This document shows, in pieces, positions 15,688-30,776 of a stretch of DNA of 64,000 nt; the first letter of the stretch is position 1, and every line of letters begins with the position of its first letter. The stretch comes from the human T2T-CHM13v2.0 reference genome, Homo sapiens. Position numbers and translations under genes: made by a program. The notes beneath the pieces were generated by a model, which ran no database searches, had not been told where the DNA came from, and saw only the letters and a list, made by a program, of their open reading frames with translations. Location: NCBI RefSeq assembly GCF_009914755.1, contig NC_060930.1; one strand, written 5' to 3'.

Positions 15688-15884
15688 CTTCTCCCGCAGC
15701 TTCCGTTCCTTGCGCTCCCGCACGGTGGTCAGGTAGTTGACAGCCGCATACTCCAGCACCGAGAGGAACACGAACACAAAGCTGACCCAGAGGTAGATGT
15801 CCACGGCCTTGACGTAGGAGACGCGCGGCATGGAGGCATTCACGCCCGTGATGATGGTGGTCATGGTCAGCACCGTCGTGATAC
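15688..15884 (-). CDS. GABRR2: GABRR2 exon 8 (197 bp), M2-M3
   Basis: [66 protein letters not shown]; ttgcag|GT and AAG|gtgag boundaries. Confidence 0.97.
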
Positions 15885-16165
15885 CTGCAACACCCGGCCT
15901 TAGTTGGGCTGCTGACAGCGGTCTAGAACTGCCCTCATATCTCACTAAGTCACGATTTTACACTCTCTATCTCTTAAACCACATGAGAAAGTCCCAGGTG
16001 TGTTTCCACCTCGGAGAGGGGCAAGGATCTGCCCTACTAGCAGCCAGGCCTATTCTCCTCAGAGCCAACCTGCTTGCTTGTCCCATTTTCCTTCAAGCAC
16101 CTGAAAGACTGGGTTTCTGTGATGTGGCTGACAAGGAGAGGACCTATTCTCATGTGGAATTAAAG

Positions 16166-16286
16166 ACAGCGACTAAAGGACAACTCTGAAGGAACGTTCT
16201 CAAACTTCTCATCTTTAGATGAGAGAGAATGTGCCTATTCCTTGAAGTTTGAGAACGTGCCTTCAGAGGTGTGCTTTAGTCGCTGT
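16166..16286. repeat. inverted repeat with 43-bp arms (3 mismatches) and a 35-nt spacer
   Basis: Arms 16166-16208 and 16244-16286 are reverse complements at 40 of 43 positions. Confidence 0.95.
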
Positions 16287-16888
16287 GGAAGACTGTGGAA
16301 ATTCCCAGAGGCCCATCATGCGGGATTCTTCTTCACTCTGTCTTGCTGCTTAAACCCTCACCTTTCTCAAAGCCCAACCTAATGTTGTCTAAATTTACAA
16401 TGACATGTTGTAAACTTTCACTCTGGAATTCAGGGTCTGTAAAAGGCTAAAACACAGCTCGAGGGAACGTGGTCCTCCTTTTCCCACAAATCTCATATTC
16501 TGTGCCCTACCTCCAAGCCCTCAGTCTGTCTAAACACGGCCAGCAAATGAAGTTTTTGTATTTACAGAAGGAATTGTTGGCATTTGCAGAATCATCTTGT
16601 TTATCTAAATACTGAGCTCTGATATTGCCAGTTGTCGAAGTCTGTACCCCAAATCTTTCTGAAGTGATACAATCACAGTTGATGTTGTTTTAGCTCCCTG
16701 TGGCTCTCATAATGTGGAGGAAACTGAGGCCAGCATCTAGATGGTAAAGGCAAGAAACATGAAGTTGCTCCTTCTGACTCTAACAGCTCATCAGTTAAGA
16801 ACTCTAAGTAATGATTTTTACTTTTTGTAAACATAGTGATAAGTTGAAAAAAATAACCACCCTACCACACCTTATGAAATGCTTTTAC

Positions 16889-17041
16889 CCAGTGAAACTC
16901 TGGCAGGCACAGCTCTGCGGTCGATCCAGAAGGACACCCAGGACAGCATGACCATCAGAGTGGCAGGGAAATATGTTTGGAGCAAGAAGAAGAAGATGTG
17001 GCGACGCAACGTGAAGTTAATGTACAGACGGTTGTACCAGC
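16889..17041 (-). CDS. GABRR2: GABRR2 exon 7 (153 bp), M1 and start of M2
   Basis: WYNRLYINFTLRRHIFFFLLQTYFPATLMVMLSWVSFWIDRRAVPARVSL; anion-selective PAR motif, and Ser at M2 2' where rho1 has Pro. Confidence 0.97.
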
Positions 17042-17242
17042 CTAGGGGATGCAGGAAGAAGCCAATGAGGTTCCATCTGAGAGGTGAAAGCAAACTGTGT
17101 CCCTGGGAACCCGTCTTTCACTGACTTGGCTCTCCTCAGCAACAGAAAGTTGAAATTAATGACCAGTTGGCTTAATATAATACCTTTCTTTTCCAAAATC
17201 TAAGCCCTTTCTCCTATATATAAATATCTTGCCAATATCTAG

Positions 17243-17563
<321 letters not shown>

Positions 17564-18097
17564 TAGTTGTTTGTTCTGTATTTGTAATTTGCAAATTACA
17601 ACCATATTTCTTGAGTGACTTGCTGCTCAAAAGCATAAGAGGTTGGAATAGTTCTATTTTGTTGAGGCCAGTGCCACTGGGGCAGGAGCTGGGAGAGCTA
17701 GGCTCTGGTCACTGTCACCTTTATTGTGAAATTGTCACCTTTATTGTGAGACCCTAATCCTTTATCATGCAAACTCCACATCTGTCACAAAAAGAAATAG
17801 GCTGTTCACATGATTCTAAAGTCTGACATTTGGGACATGAGGTAATGAGACATTTAGAGGCTTTTCCAAAGCCTTAGCTAGAGTCAGTTGAGCTTGGTTC
17901 AACCCAGGCCTCCAATGCCCAGGCGAGTGTACAGTTCACTGGCACTAAGTATATTATTCACAATATGGTACAACCATCACCACTATTCATTGCCAGAACT
18001 TGTTCATCATCCCACACAGAAACTCTGCACCCATTACACAATAACTCTCCATTCCCCCTCCCATGAGTTCCTGGGAACCTTTATTCTATTTCTCTCT

Positions 18098-18518
<421 letters not shown>

Positions 18519-18542
18519 TAGGCTACATTATTTTAATAATCA

Positions 18543-18858
<316 letters not shown>

Positions 18859-18945
18859 ACATATTTTCCTTGGGGTTAAGGCTGAAGAAGAATTCAAATG
18901 TGCTTTCTTGCACATTTGAATCAGATTGTGGCAAAAGATAGCTAC

Positions 18946-19086
18946 CAGTGCTGCTGTAGAAGGCCAGCCTGGAAGTTGTGTGAAATTTCTGAATCAGAAA
19001 CTGAGACAAGGAGATCTTCTCATCTGTTTTTAGGGATTCATCCCCATTCTTCCAGTACAGCATTAGATCTTCATCTGTATAGGCAT
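18946..19086 (-). CDS. GABRR2: GABRR2 exon 6 (141 bp)
   Basis: (Y)[46 protein letters not shown](G); aaag|ATG and CTG|gtagc boundaries. Confidence 0.97.
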
Positions 19087-19280
19087 CTTTGGGAAGAGGA
19101 AAACAAGTTAATTTGACTCCTTCGCTTCTGATGCAGGGTGAAGTAACAGGGAAATCCTATGCCAGTCCAGAAGTAAATAGGTCTTAACGCTGGCGGGCAG
19201 TGCTCAGTCTCATGATTACTAAAATGGCACAAAGATCAGAGAGGAAAGAAAGTGAAGGAATTAGGAATGCTGATACTTAC

Positions 19281-19363
19281 AGCTCTCCAGCTCCAAAGAA
19301 CAGGTCTGGGAGTCCAGGGGAAAGTGGCTGAAGTCCATGTTGCACATGGCAGTGACCGTAATC
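19281..19363 (-). CDS. GABRR2: GABRR2 exon 5 (83 bp), Cys-loop
   Basis: [27 protein letters not shown] contains the C-x13-C Cys-loop signature; tctag|GATT and CT|gtaagt boundaries. Confidence 0.97.
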
Positions 19364-20276
19364 CTAGACAACCCAGAGTCACATATTGGCTTGTGCGGTG
19401 AATTATTGGCTCCTACATCTGCCCAGAGCAAGAAGGCACAGCACACAACTGAGCAGCTGCCTCCTCACATCTGCTGCAGAAGTTTGGAAACAGTTATCTG
19501 AGTTATAGAACCTTAACTTCTAGAGTTTTGTCTTCTGTAGTAGAGTATTAGTGCTCTGCCAGATCCCCATTACTGGGCTGGTGCTCCCCTTCCCCAGCCA
19601 CTGGTGGTGCTGGCTGCTAATGGCTCTCTCCTGTGCCTCTCTCTGGGCTTTGCCCTCAGCCAGCAGGGCCACCTCCTCCAGAGATGCCTGGGAGGCCCCC
19701 TCATCAACTTCCACCAAAGGCCAGAAGTGTCTAGTATCAGCAATGCATTCTGGTGAACTGTACAAGCAGACCAGGGGGATGTGGGACAATGAGCTTCATC
19801 AGTGACAAGTAAGAAAAAAGCATTTTTTTAAGATGTGGAACATGACTTCTTATGTGACTCCCCGTACTCCAGAAGCCAATCTGCAATAGCACTCAAAACA
19901 CAGTAGCTATTTTTTGGGGGGACGGGGGGGGCTTTTTTTTTAATCTATTTTTTTAAAAGCTTTTTTTTTAATCTTTATTATCAATCAACTAGAATCACAT
20001 GCTCTCAGGGAACAGAAGGTACAGTATGTGGAAGGTCATTGTCTCATTCAGGCCAAAGTAGTCTTCTCACCCAAGCTTAAGACCCCCAGTGATGGGGAAG
20101 TTGTCCCCTGCTGGGGTGGCCATGTCATGTTTAGATAGTTCTGACTAGCATCAGAAGGCTCCTCCCATCCACGAACCCACAGACCCAACCGCAGTGACAG
20201 TCTTCAGGGCCAAAGGGCCTGACCACACATACCAGAAAGGCACTGGACAGAGGAACAATGGCCCCCAGACAGCTAC

Positions 20277-20500
20277 CTCATGCTGTACAGCACGTGTCCA
20301 TCTGGGAACACCCTCAGCATGATGTTGTCAGTGGTGGTGTCATGAGTGAACGATCTTTTGGAGTGAACAAAGAAGACATCAGGGACCCAGATCTTCTTCA
20401 CCAGCCGGCCATCGAAGGTCATGCTCTTGTTGCTGGCGCTGGAGAAAGCTAGCCTCTCATCCTTCCAGTAATGCCGCAGGTACAGGGTCATAGTGAAGTC
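20277..20500 (-). CDS. GABRR2: GABRR2 exon 4 (224 bp), ligand-binding domain loops D/A/E
   Basis: DFTMTLYLRHYWKDERL...IWVPDVFFVHSKRS...VLYSM(R), matching ORF 20273..20491; AG/GT boundaries. Confidence 0.97.
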
Positions 20501-22920
20501 CTGTGGGAGCCGGGGTGAGACCAGACAAAAATGGCTTAGAAGGTTTTCTTCCTTACAATCAACCCACCATTCACTACTGTGGTGAACATCTCAGGCTCAG
20601 CATCCAGATTCAGAGGTAACAGTTCTGCAGCCCTGTGGCAGGATGGCACTGTGCAGTTGGAAAGAGAATAGCTCATTTTTATGCATCATGCGCTTGGAGC
20701 CCAGGAGACTGAGCAACCAGCCCCTCAGGCTTTGCAAATGAAAACTGCAGCTGTGATGCTCGCAGCCTGGCCTGGTGGCCAGTGGGGAAGGATTTCTCCA
20801 AAGCTCTGCTCTCTCTCACTTAGACCTCTGCACACATGGTTCCTTACCCATTGGCTAACCATTCCATTTCAGCTTAGTGGCCACTTCCAGAAACCTGGAT
20901 TGTCGAATGTCTCTCTTAGGAGGATTCTTGCCGTTAGGCTTATAAGATCCTTGAAGGAAAAATTGTGTCTTGCCCACCATTGCATCCCCATTCATCACAG
21001 AATTTAGTGCCTGGCAAAGCACAGAGTAGATGCTCAATAGATATTTGCTGGTTGAAAGATCGGGGAGATAAATGGATGAGGGGATGGGCAGCTGCATACC
21101 TACTATAATTTCTGCCTGAAATCTTACCTTGTTCAAAAGTGTCTCCTTGCCTGCATGGTTGATTCCTTAAGAGTTTGGTCCTTCCCCATAGCCAAAGCTG
21201 ACACAGGTGCAAATGGAAAAATAACTGCCCAAAAGATCCTCTTCTGGGTGGAGGAAGGCTGGAAAGAGTTCGTGGTTGTGGTGGGCCCAGAGGGAGCCCC
21301 AGGAAGAGAGGAAAGAATGAGTGAGCACTGGGATAGTGCATGCATGAGAGTCTGTCCCTAGACTGATCCTGGCTCCCAGTGCATCAGCAGCTGCCAGGAA
21401 CTCCCCCTCCACACACACGGAGAGCAGCCAATACCTGAGTAGGAAGAGACCAGCCAAATGCCCCTTCTGGCTATTTCCCTTCTCGGTCACAAAGCTGAAG
21501 AGCAGGCTCTGAGGGCCATTGCCCAGGGGAAGTGCAGATTCACAAACACCAGCTGTGTATGGCTACCTTGGATGTTACCTACCTACTGCTGGAGTCCACC
21601 TGCCTTCCCACAGGTTGGTGGTTGCTCTGCGAGAGGCAGGTCATTCTAGATACCTCTCCCTGTGATCCTGAGCCACACAGGACAAAGTCTTCACACTCAG
21701 CACAGACATCTGGGTTGATTCAGTCTAGGGCAGCCAGGCTGTTCTAGACACAGCTGGTTCTGGAACTGGGCTCAGCTGTTGGATATCCAAAGGGGCTGGC
21801 AATGTAAAATCTAGCATCTTGGAAACTGTCATACCTGCACCTTTCACACCTGGGCCCCATATTTTACCAGGTGCTGGAGCTATGGGGGGTGTACAACCTC
21901 AGTATCAATCATATCAGCTCTGCCATGCTGGGTCCGTTAGGAGCAAGGGGCGTTCCCACTCTTCAAGGGCAGATGACAGCATTGCAAGTGGGATGCAGTG
22001 CTGGCAAGTGGAGCCTCCCCGACTTTTATTTATTCCACACATTTTCAGGGCCCCTGGGGGACCACACTGGACTAGACTTGGAGATATTGGGGTAAAGAAA
22101 AACATGAGTCCCTGCATTCATGGAGCTTATAGTCAAGCATGGAAGACAACCAATATATAAGAAAACTCCCCAAATAAATATCTAGCACAATTATAAATGA
22201 TGATGTAGGCTATGAAGAAAAAACAGAAATTCTTTAGATCAGGAGGTCAGGGAAGCCTCTTTGAAGAAGTCTCATTTTAGCTAAGTCCTGAAGGATAAGA
22301 AGGAGATAGCTATGGGGAGGGCCAGAGCTGAAGCATGCTCAAGATCCCTGAGGCAGAAGAAAGAGGAAGTTTGCAAACTGAAAGAGAGGCATACAGAAGA
22401 AGGAAGAGAGGAGGCTGGGGCCCTGGGGTGGGGGGCACACCTCTCCACTGTGAGCCTTGCAGGACACCCAGGCCTGTGGTGGTAGAATTGGGGTAGACAT
22501 GGAGTGGGGGACACTGCCACAAAGTGAGTAGGGGGACTGCACTTGCAGCAGGAACTGAACATCAGAAAGCTGCAAAATTTCAGCCTGAAACTGTCCACCT
22601 CCAGTACCCCACCAGGTGTGGTTCGCCTGATCACTTGCATTATTTGTGGAGTGTGTTGAAAATGCAAAGTATCACTCCCAGAGATTCTGAATCAGGAAGT
22701 GTGAAATGGGGCCCAGAAACCCACATTTAACCAACTCCTTAGGTTATTTTTACCCACGCAGCGAGAATGCCCGCTTTAGATTTTACTGCTCCAGGGCCGA
22801 CTTCCAAGCGCCCATTTTATCACCTCCAGCTCCCGCTCTGCCCACACAGGCACAGCCTGCACCACCGAGGCCCACTACACTACAGGCTCTCACGCTGTGT
22901 CACTGGAGGCCGCTGCATAC

Positions 22921-22988
22921 CATGTCCACCTCGGAGATGCTGTCCAGGCTCTCCACCTGCACGTCCACGCCCACCGGGATGGCAGGGC
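22921..22988 (-). CDS. GABRR2: GABRR2 exon 3 (68 bp)
   Basis: ctgcag|GCCCTGCC...GACATG|gtatgc; encodes (G)PAIPVGVDVQVESLDSISEVDM. Confidence 0.96.
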
Positions 22989-24492
22989 CTGCAGAAGAGC
23001 AGAGACAGCTGGTTAAGGCACCTTCCTCTCTACCTTTGGGCTGGGAACAGCCCCAGTTGGCTTCCCCCGGGGAGCCAGGACTGGAGCAGAGTAGGGCAGA
23101 GGTTTAGAATTCTATGAGGGTTTCTTGCTGGTTCCTGACCTGTTGGGTGTCTGAGCTCTCTCCACAACGTCAGGGACTGTGCCTGCCTTATGTGCCATCC
23201 CTGGGCCAGGCTGAATGTGTAATCCATGCTTATTGGATGAATCAATGAGCTGATCACCGCTTTTTACATCCCAGGGCTGTCTCTGTAGGGTAGAGGTAAT
23301 AATGTGGCTGTAGTGCCTGACTGGAGACCCTGGTCATTGGGCCTCCTGTGACATCTGAAAAAGAGAATGAGGCCTAAAAGCATCCAGCTCTGGGCTGGGC
23401 ACCTGCATGCCCTGGTCTGAATTCATTCAGTCATTCAGGCTATACCTACAGAGACCCTGACATATAGCTGGGGTCCAGCCCTCTAGAGGCCTTCAACCCA
23501 GGGTGAGACAAGATCTTCTCTGTGCGATGTCACATCACAGCAAAGGACAATGAAACCTTGTCAGGCCATGTCAGATTAGAAGTATGAGAAAACCCAGCAC
23601 GGAAACTAGCACTGAACTTCATCTGGCCTACGGCAAGATTTCTAAAACTGAGTTTGTCTGTGGGGTCCTGTCCTTTTCCTTGAGCTGGGTGATGGTTACG
23701 TAGATAAGTTCACTTTAGGAGAATGTAGTGAGTGGTACACTTACAATGGGTGCACTTTTCTGGGTGTATGTTATGCTTTAGTAAAATGTTTTTTGGATTT
23801 TAATTTTTTTTAAACTTAGAAAGGGAAAAACCAACAACCTGCATCTATCAGGCGTGTTAATGAATGCCATTACACTGCAAGTCAGGTGCAGCTGGGCTGG
23901 GCCTCAGCGGGAGAGGGCATTGTCCAGAGGCCAGCCTAGCTGCACGTGGGTCCTCTGAGCCCTGACCAGGGAACACAGGATCAGGACGTTGTGACCCACT
24001 GTGGTCTGAGCGGGGAGAACCTTGGGGGGACTTGGTGAGTCTGAGTCCTGAGGAATGAGCAGAACTGGAAGGGCTGAGACTTTGGCCATGGGCGGGGAAG
24101 GAGGACCAGAGATTCCCACACTGCGTACGTAGGAACTAGAAAGCCCAGTCCTCAGCTCCCGCCCAAATGCAGGGTAGAGGTCCTCTTGGAAGTAGTCCCG
24201 GGTGGGAGATGGCCTCGCTGACTCCCCCACGGCTCCCCATAGGCTTGCAAACACTTGAAATCCCACCGTTAAAGATTTCCTGTTTTGGCTGAGCCTGATA
24301 GAATGGAAGTATTTTATTCATTACTGGTGAGGTTGGGTGACTATTTTCTGTGTTCTTAAACGTGAAAGAAAATAAGTACAATGCTTTAATTTTTCCCTCT
24401 CAGATAAATCAGGGTATAAGTTGAACGTTCTATTTTTCTGTGTTCCTCAGATGATAGCTAAGATCAGGGCCCATGAGAAATCTTTGCTCTGA

Positions 24493-24799
<307 letters not shown>

Positions 24800-25845
24800 T
24801 GCATTCTCTTTTTATTCCAGGCTCCAGAAGTGCTTTGAGGGTGCCAGAAATGGGATGGTCCCTGTGGGAGGAGGCCCCTCCTCAGGGCTTACCAATTAAC
24901 CTATCTTTCTCCCCTGAGGGCCTTGCAACCTGAAGGAGGGTGTGTGGGCAGCCTGGCCAGAGCTGTCTCCTAGTACCTAGATCCCGCTCCCTGCTAGAGG
25001 CTCCCAACACCATTCATTCCCTCATCCTGGGGACCCTTCATTAGTCTGAGGTGTTAAAATGGCCCAGAGTGGCACTTTAAATTCTGGGGTAGCACAGCCT
25101 CCTGTGGAAGATGTACTGTACTCTCCCTGTTCCCCATCTCTCCTGTGCCTACTTTCTCTAAAGTGCCAGGTGACCTGCTGGATACAGCAGTCCCAAGAGC
25201 CGCAGGGAAGAAACAATACAGCGATGGCCCTCTTGGATTCATGTTCTAGTGGCCTGGTTTTCAGATAACATGCACAGTGTTTGACCAGGAGCTAGTTTTG
25301 GCTCAGGCATTTTCCAGATAAAATGTCAGCTGGCTTGGTGTTAGTTACTGTGTCTGTCTGTTCTCAGGGCCTGGCTTGCTCTTCAGAGCTCCAGTGCCCT
25401 TTTAAGGAGAAATTTGATAAAAACTGCAAGGGAGGCATCAGTGCTCTGGAGGTATTGCCCATGCGGAGTGCAGGTCAAGGCCTCAGATGCCCCAGGTTGT
25501 TGGAGGAAAACAATCTTTCTATTCAGGAGGTCCCAAAGCCACATTCAGGGAAACTCGCACCTCAAGTTTCAACAGAGACCAAAGGCCCTGCCCTCCTTGG
25601 TCTGAGCGCTGCCTTTGACCTGCCCCACTGCCTGGCTCTCAAGATCTCCACTTTGTGGCCCTTCCCAACCTAGATTTGGGAGAAATTCTTGCAAATTACT
25701 GGTCTTTCTTCTTCTTCCATGAACAATTTTATGTTTTGAGTGGGGCTAAGTCCTAACAAGTCCTATTTAGAAGGAAAGTAGTCTCATTAAACTAATGAGG
25801 CTTGGCCCCTTAACACTGCTGTAGGGTTTTCTGCTTTAAGAGAGG

Positions 25846-26158
25846 GGCTGGGCTGGGTGAAGTGGCTCACATCAGTAATCCCAACACTTTGGGAAGCCAA
25901 GGTGGGTGGATCATCTGAACCTAGGAGTTCAAGACCAGCCTCAATAACACGGCGAAACCCTGTCTCTACAGAAAATACAAAAATTAGTTGGGCATGGTGG
26001 CATGCACCTGTAGTCCCAGCTGCTCAGGAGACTGAGGTGGAGAATTGCTTGAGCCAGGGAGGTCCAGGCTTCAGTAAGCTGTGAGCGTGCGCCACTGCAC
26101 TCCAGCATGGGCAATAGAGTGAGACCCTGTCTGTAAATAAATAATTTTTAAAAAAATA
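25846..26158 (+). mobile_element. AluJ
   Basis: Diverged forward Alu. Confidence 0.85.
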
Positions 26159-26506
26159 ATGAGGGATCTGGTAACGCAAAGAGACTTCTCTTTGGGATTT
26201 CTCTTCTCTGGTGAGATTTCAGGCAGTGTAGCCAGTTAGGTGACAAATTCAAGGCAGCATAAGGGAAATACATGCTTAGCCAAGGGCTCTTCTTGGTTCC
26301 TAACTTTCCGCTTTAATTTTTCTTCTCATGGTCCTGGAAAGCACACTTTAGGGATTTATCACATCCAGCAAAACACTGAAAAAGATAATAAATCATGTCC
26401 AAATCAGGTTCACTCCAGGAATGCAAAACTGGTTTTAACACTAGAAAATCAATCAAGGAATTCCAGTAATAGCAAGCTAAGTAATTCACACTAACATTTC
26501 TATTGA

Positions 26507-26867
<361 letters not shown>

Positions 26868-27353
26868 TAACAAAACAGGCCAGGATTGGAGGTCTAGGTG
26901 AAGCAGAGTCCCAAGGGGATGGCCCAGTATTTGGATCTACTTCTCTTAGGGGCATTTGCCAATTCAGGAGGGGAATTGAGAGGCAGAGAGATGCTTTTGA
27001 TGACTTCAGGGGGCTGTGGGACAGGATTAGGGCCCAAGTGCTCACTTAGTGGAGCTTCGTACTTCATATATTGTACATCCCAAAGACTGCATTCTAGAAA
27101 TGAAGGTGGACCAGAGTAGATAAACCTTTGTAGGGTTCGCAGCTTAAATTATGTCAGTCACCGAACACGGATTAAAGCTCTCCGGAGTGGTAGTCCCCTC
27201 AAGCAACCTCGGGTGTTAATGCCACCAGGCACCTGGCAGAAATAAACATAAATCCCCTCTGGAGGAAGATAACATCATCCTTGGTCTCTAATTTTTTCTA
27301 TTAAAATATTATAAATATAAATTATAATATAAAATATAAATATAAATTATAAG

Positions 27354-27435
27354 TCATTATTTATATTATATACATTATAAATCATTATTTATATTATATA
27401 CATTATAAATTATTATTTATATTATTATATAAATA
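27354..27435. repeat. AT-rich 28-bp tandem repeat (~2.5 copies)
   Basis: tcattatttatattatatacattataaa repeated. Confidence 0.8.
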
Positions 27436-28299
27436 AGTTCATAAGCAAAAATAAGCAGGCACATCAGAAAATAAGGCATACACAATAACCAGCAGGAAAA
27501 TAAAGAATATAAACAGATCCATAGGGGTCTTTGGATACTGAAATAAGATAGACTTTAAAATATCGAAGTTTACTACGTGCAAATAGATTCTTAAACATTA
27601 AGATTGAGAGTTTCTGCATAAAACTGGAAAACTATAAAACTTAGAATCAATATAAATTTCCACATTAACAGACTACAAAAGAAAATTCTTTACCTCAATA
27701 ATTGCAGAAAAGCGTTTGTTAAAATCACTACCTATTTATGATTTTTTAAAAAATGAATAGAAGGGAATTTTCTCAATGTGATGAAGGAGAGCTACCAAAA
27801 AATCTACATCAAATACCATCTTTAATAGTAAACCGTTGTAAGATTTCCTTGGAAATTGTAAATAAGACAAGAATGCCATTGATGCCACTACCATTGTCCT
27901 AAAGGTTTTAGCCAGTGCAATAGGAAAAGAAAAAAAAAGTTATGACCGTTGGAAAGTTATGACATTATTTGCATGTTGTATGATTGAGTACATAAAATTT
28001 AAAAATCGTAGATAAACTATTAGACTGATAAAAGAGTTTAACAAGATTGTTAAATATAGAGTCAGTATATAAAAATCAATTACATTTCTCTATACCAGCA
28101 GAGTTTTAAAAAATGATTTTTTTAAAGTATCATTTATGAAATCATCAAAAGTACCTAGAAATAAGTACATAGAAATAGGTCTATGAAACTATCTGAAGTC
28201 CTCCATGTAGAAAACTATGAAACATTATTGAGAGAAATTAAAGCAGACCTAAATAAATGGAGAAATATATCATGTTCATGTATTGGAATATTCACTATT

Positions 28300-28685
28300 T
28301 GACATGATTAGGCTTTCTGTCCCCACCTAAATCTCATCTTTAATTGTAATCCTCATTATCCCCATCATCCCCACTTGTCAGACCAGGTGGAGGTAACTGA
28401 ATCATGGGGGGTGGTTTTCCCCATGCTGTTCTCGTGATAGTGAGTGAGTTCTCTCAAGATCTGATGGTTTTATAAGGGGCTCTTCCCCACTTTGCTCAGC
28501 ACTTCTCCGTCCTGCTGCCTTGTGAAGAAGGTGCCTTGCTTCTCCTTCACCTTCTGCCCTGACTGTAAGTTTCCTGAGGCTTCCCAAGCCATGCTGAACT
28601 GTGAGTCAATTAAACCTCTTTCCTTTATAAATTACCCAGTCTCAGGCAGTTATTTATAGCAGCATGAGAATAACTATGTAATACA
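28300..28685 (+). mobile_element. THE1 (THE1D-like) MaLR solo LTR
   Basis: ccccacctaaatctcatc...gtgagtcaattaaacctctttcctttataaattacccagtctc hallmark sequence. Confidence 0.85.
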
Positions 28686-30776
28686 AATAACTGACAAAGA
28701 GCTAGTATACAGAATATACAAATAACTCCTAAGAGTTCCATTAAGAACAAGTCAAATAACCCAATACAAAAACAAGCAAGAGATTTGAATAGGCATTTCA
28801 CAAAAGAGGAAATTAACAATAAACATATTTGTGTGATGGGTACACTAGAAGCCCAATGCCCACCATTACACATGTATTTAACAAAAACACACATGTACCT
28901 GCTGAATCTAAAATCTAAAAAAAAAAGAAAAGAAAATAATTACTACTACCACAACAACAAAAATGATAAACATCTGGAAAGGTGCTCAACCTCATTAATA
29001 GCTCCATTAAAACCACAATAAGATATTCTTACTATATACTAACAAAAGTGGCTCAAATGAATGGGTGACTATCCCAGGTGTTGGCAAGGATATGGGGCAA
29101 CAGGAACTCTCATACCTTGCCAGTGGTGGGCGGGGGTGGGGGGGGGGGTGGGGGCTGCAAATTGGTACCACTACCTTTCAATGCATTACCTAGAAAAATG
29201 GAAGCTATGTACACCCCATGACCCAGGGACTCTACTTCGAGAAATGTATGTAAATGTGCACCAGAAGACATACACAAAAATATTCACAAAGCATTCTTTG
29301 TTATAGCTAAAAGCTGGAAATCTCCCAAATGTCTGTCTCTAGTATAGGATACATTGTGGTGTATTCATACAATGGAATTTCATAGTTACATGCAATAACA
29401 TAAGAGATTTTCATCTTATGGATGAATATGTACTGTATGCTTTCATTTATATACAATTCCAAAACATACAAAGCTAAATTATGGGGTTGAAGATTATGTA
29501 TGTTGGAGATGAAAGAATAAAAAGTGAAGGAAGTAATGGCCAAAAGGTACCTGACTGGAATGGCATATGGATAGGTGATGGGTTTCTGGGGAATAGAAAT
29601 ATTATTTTTCTTGATCTGAATGATGGTTCACCTGGGTGTTTATTTTAAGCTATTTCACTGTACACTTGTTTAGCGTCCTTTTCTCAATGTGTGTTATAGC
29701 TCAAAGTTTTAAAAATAGTAAAGAAAAATAACACCTATTAATATTTGAGAAACCAGTATTTGGAAACAGTGACTTAAAAGCTTGTCTGAGAAGGTGAGGC
29801 TGAGGGGCTTGAGTCTCACATCTAGGCAAACCGACTAGGGTCTCAACTTAAACTCTACCTTTCTTCTAGGGGGCTTTTCCTGAGCCCCTGGGTAAGGTTG
29901 TGGGGTCCCCACAGTGTCCCATTCTTTTCCTAGTGTAACACTCACCTGCTTCCTTCATCAACTTTCAGGGAGAGCAACTGTCTTTCTGCTTTGTCAGCCT
30001 CCAAAATCTGCACTCAAGAAAACACCAGAACCCCCAACTCCCACTCACCCACACTAGTGTGGGGCGGGGAGGTTGGCATATCAATAGAGACCAAGATCTA
30101 AGGTCAAATGGCACAAAGTTCCACTGAGGTGTGGGAGGAAGAGGAGGACGGGAGGTGTTGATGGCTTTGTGGTCCCACAGGTGGGTCATTCACCAACCTG
30201 GACTCAGGAAGCGGGCCCCTGAATTTCCTACTCCTGGCTTCCCCAGCCAGCTCTCCAGTGGTTGAGGGGCCTCTGTTTGCTGTGGCTCACAGTATGGGCC
30301 AGTACCAAGAATGACCAATACCAAGAAGTGGATGATAAGCCCGAGAAACCGCCATGCCCTGTGCATGGGCTGCAAGACGAAGCCAGCTCCCGAGCAGGGT
30401 GGAGCCGTCTCTCTGTCCCTCAGATCCCCGGCCTGGCCCTGCATCCCCTCTCTGGTCCTTCATGCCACCCACAGCTGCTCCTGACAGTTTGCTTGTGTTT
30501 GTGCTCTGTTATCCACCATCATCCTCGTGTTGAGATTGTCTGTGTGAGGCAGGCAGCGGGGAGCCCTGTGTCCATGGAGTCCCTGAAGACCGGTGAAGGG
30601 ATTCTGTGAACACCCTGAAACTGCATATAAAAAAAGTGTGCATGCGTGTGTGTGTGTGTGCATGCATGCGGGTGTGTGCTCACTCTGGTGTGTGTGTGAC
30701 AGAGACAGAGAGAGGCAGATATTTTTAATTACTATTCTGGGAAACAGACTTTCAAAGGACTGTGATTCAAAAAACT

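Noticed and set aside
15550-15945. ORF extensions beyond the called exon boundaries (also at exons 5, 6 and 7)
   Set aside because: Read-through into introns; canonical splice sites and phases define shorter exons.
17713-17749. 17-bp direct repeat tgtcacctttattgtga (period 20)
   Set aside because: Ordinary small slippage duplication with no further structure.
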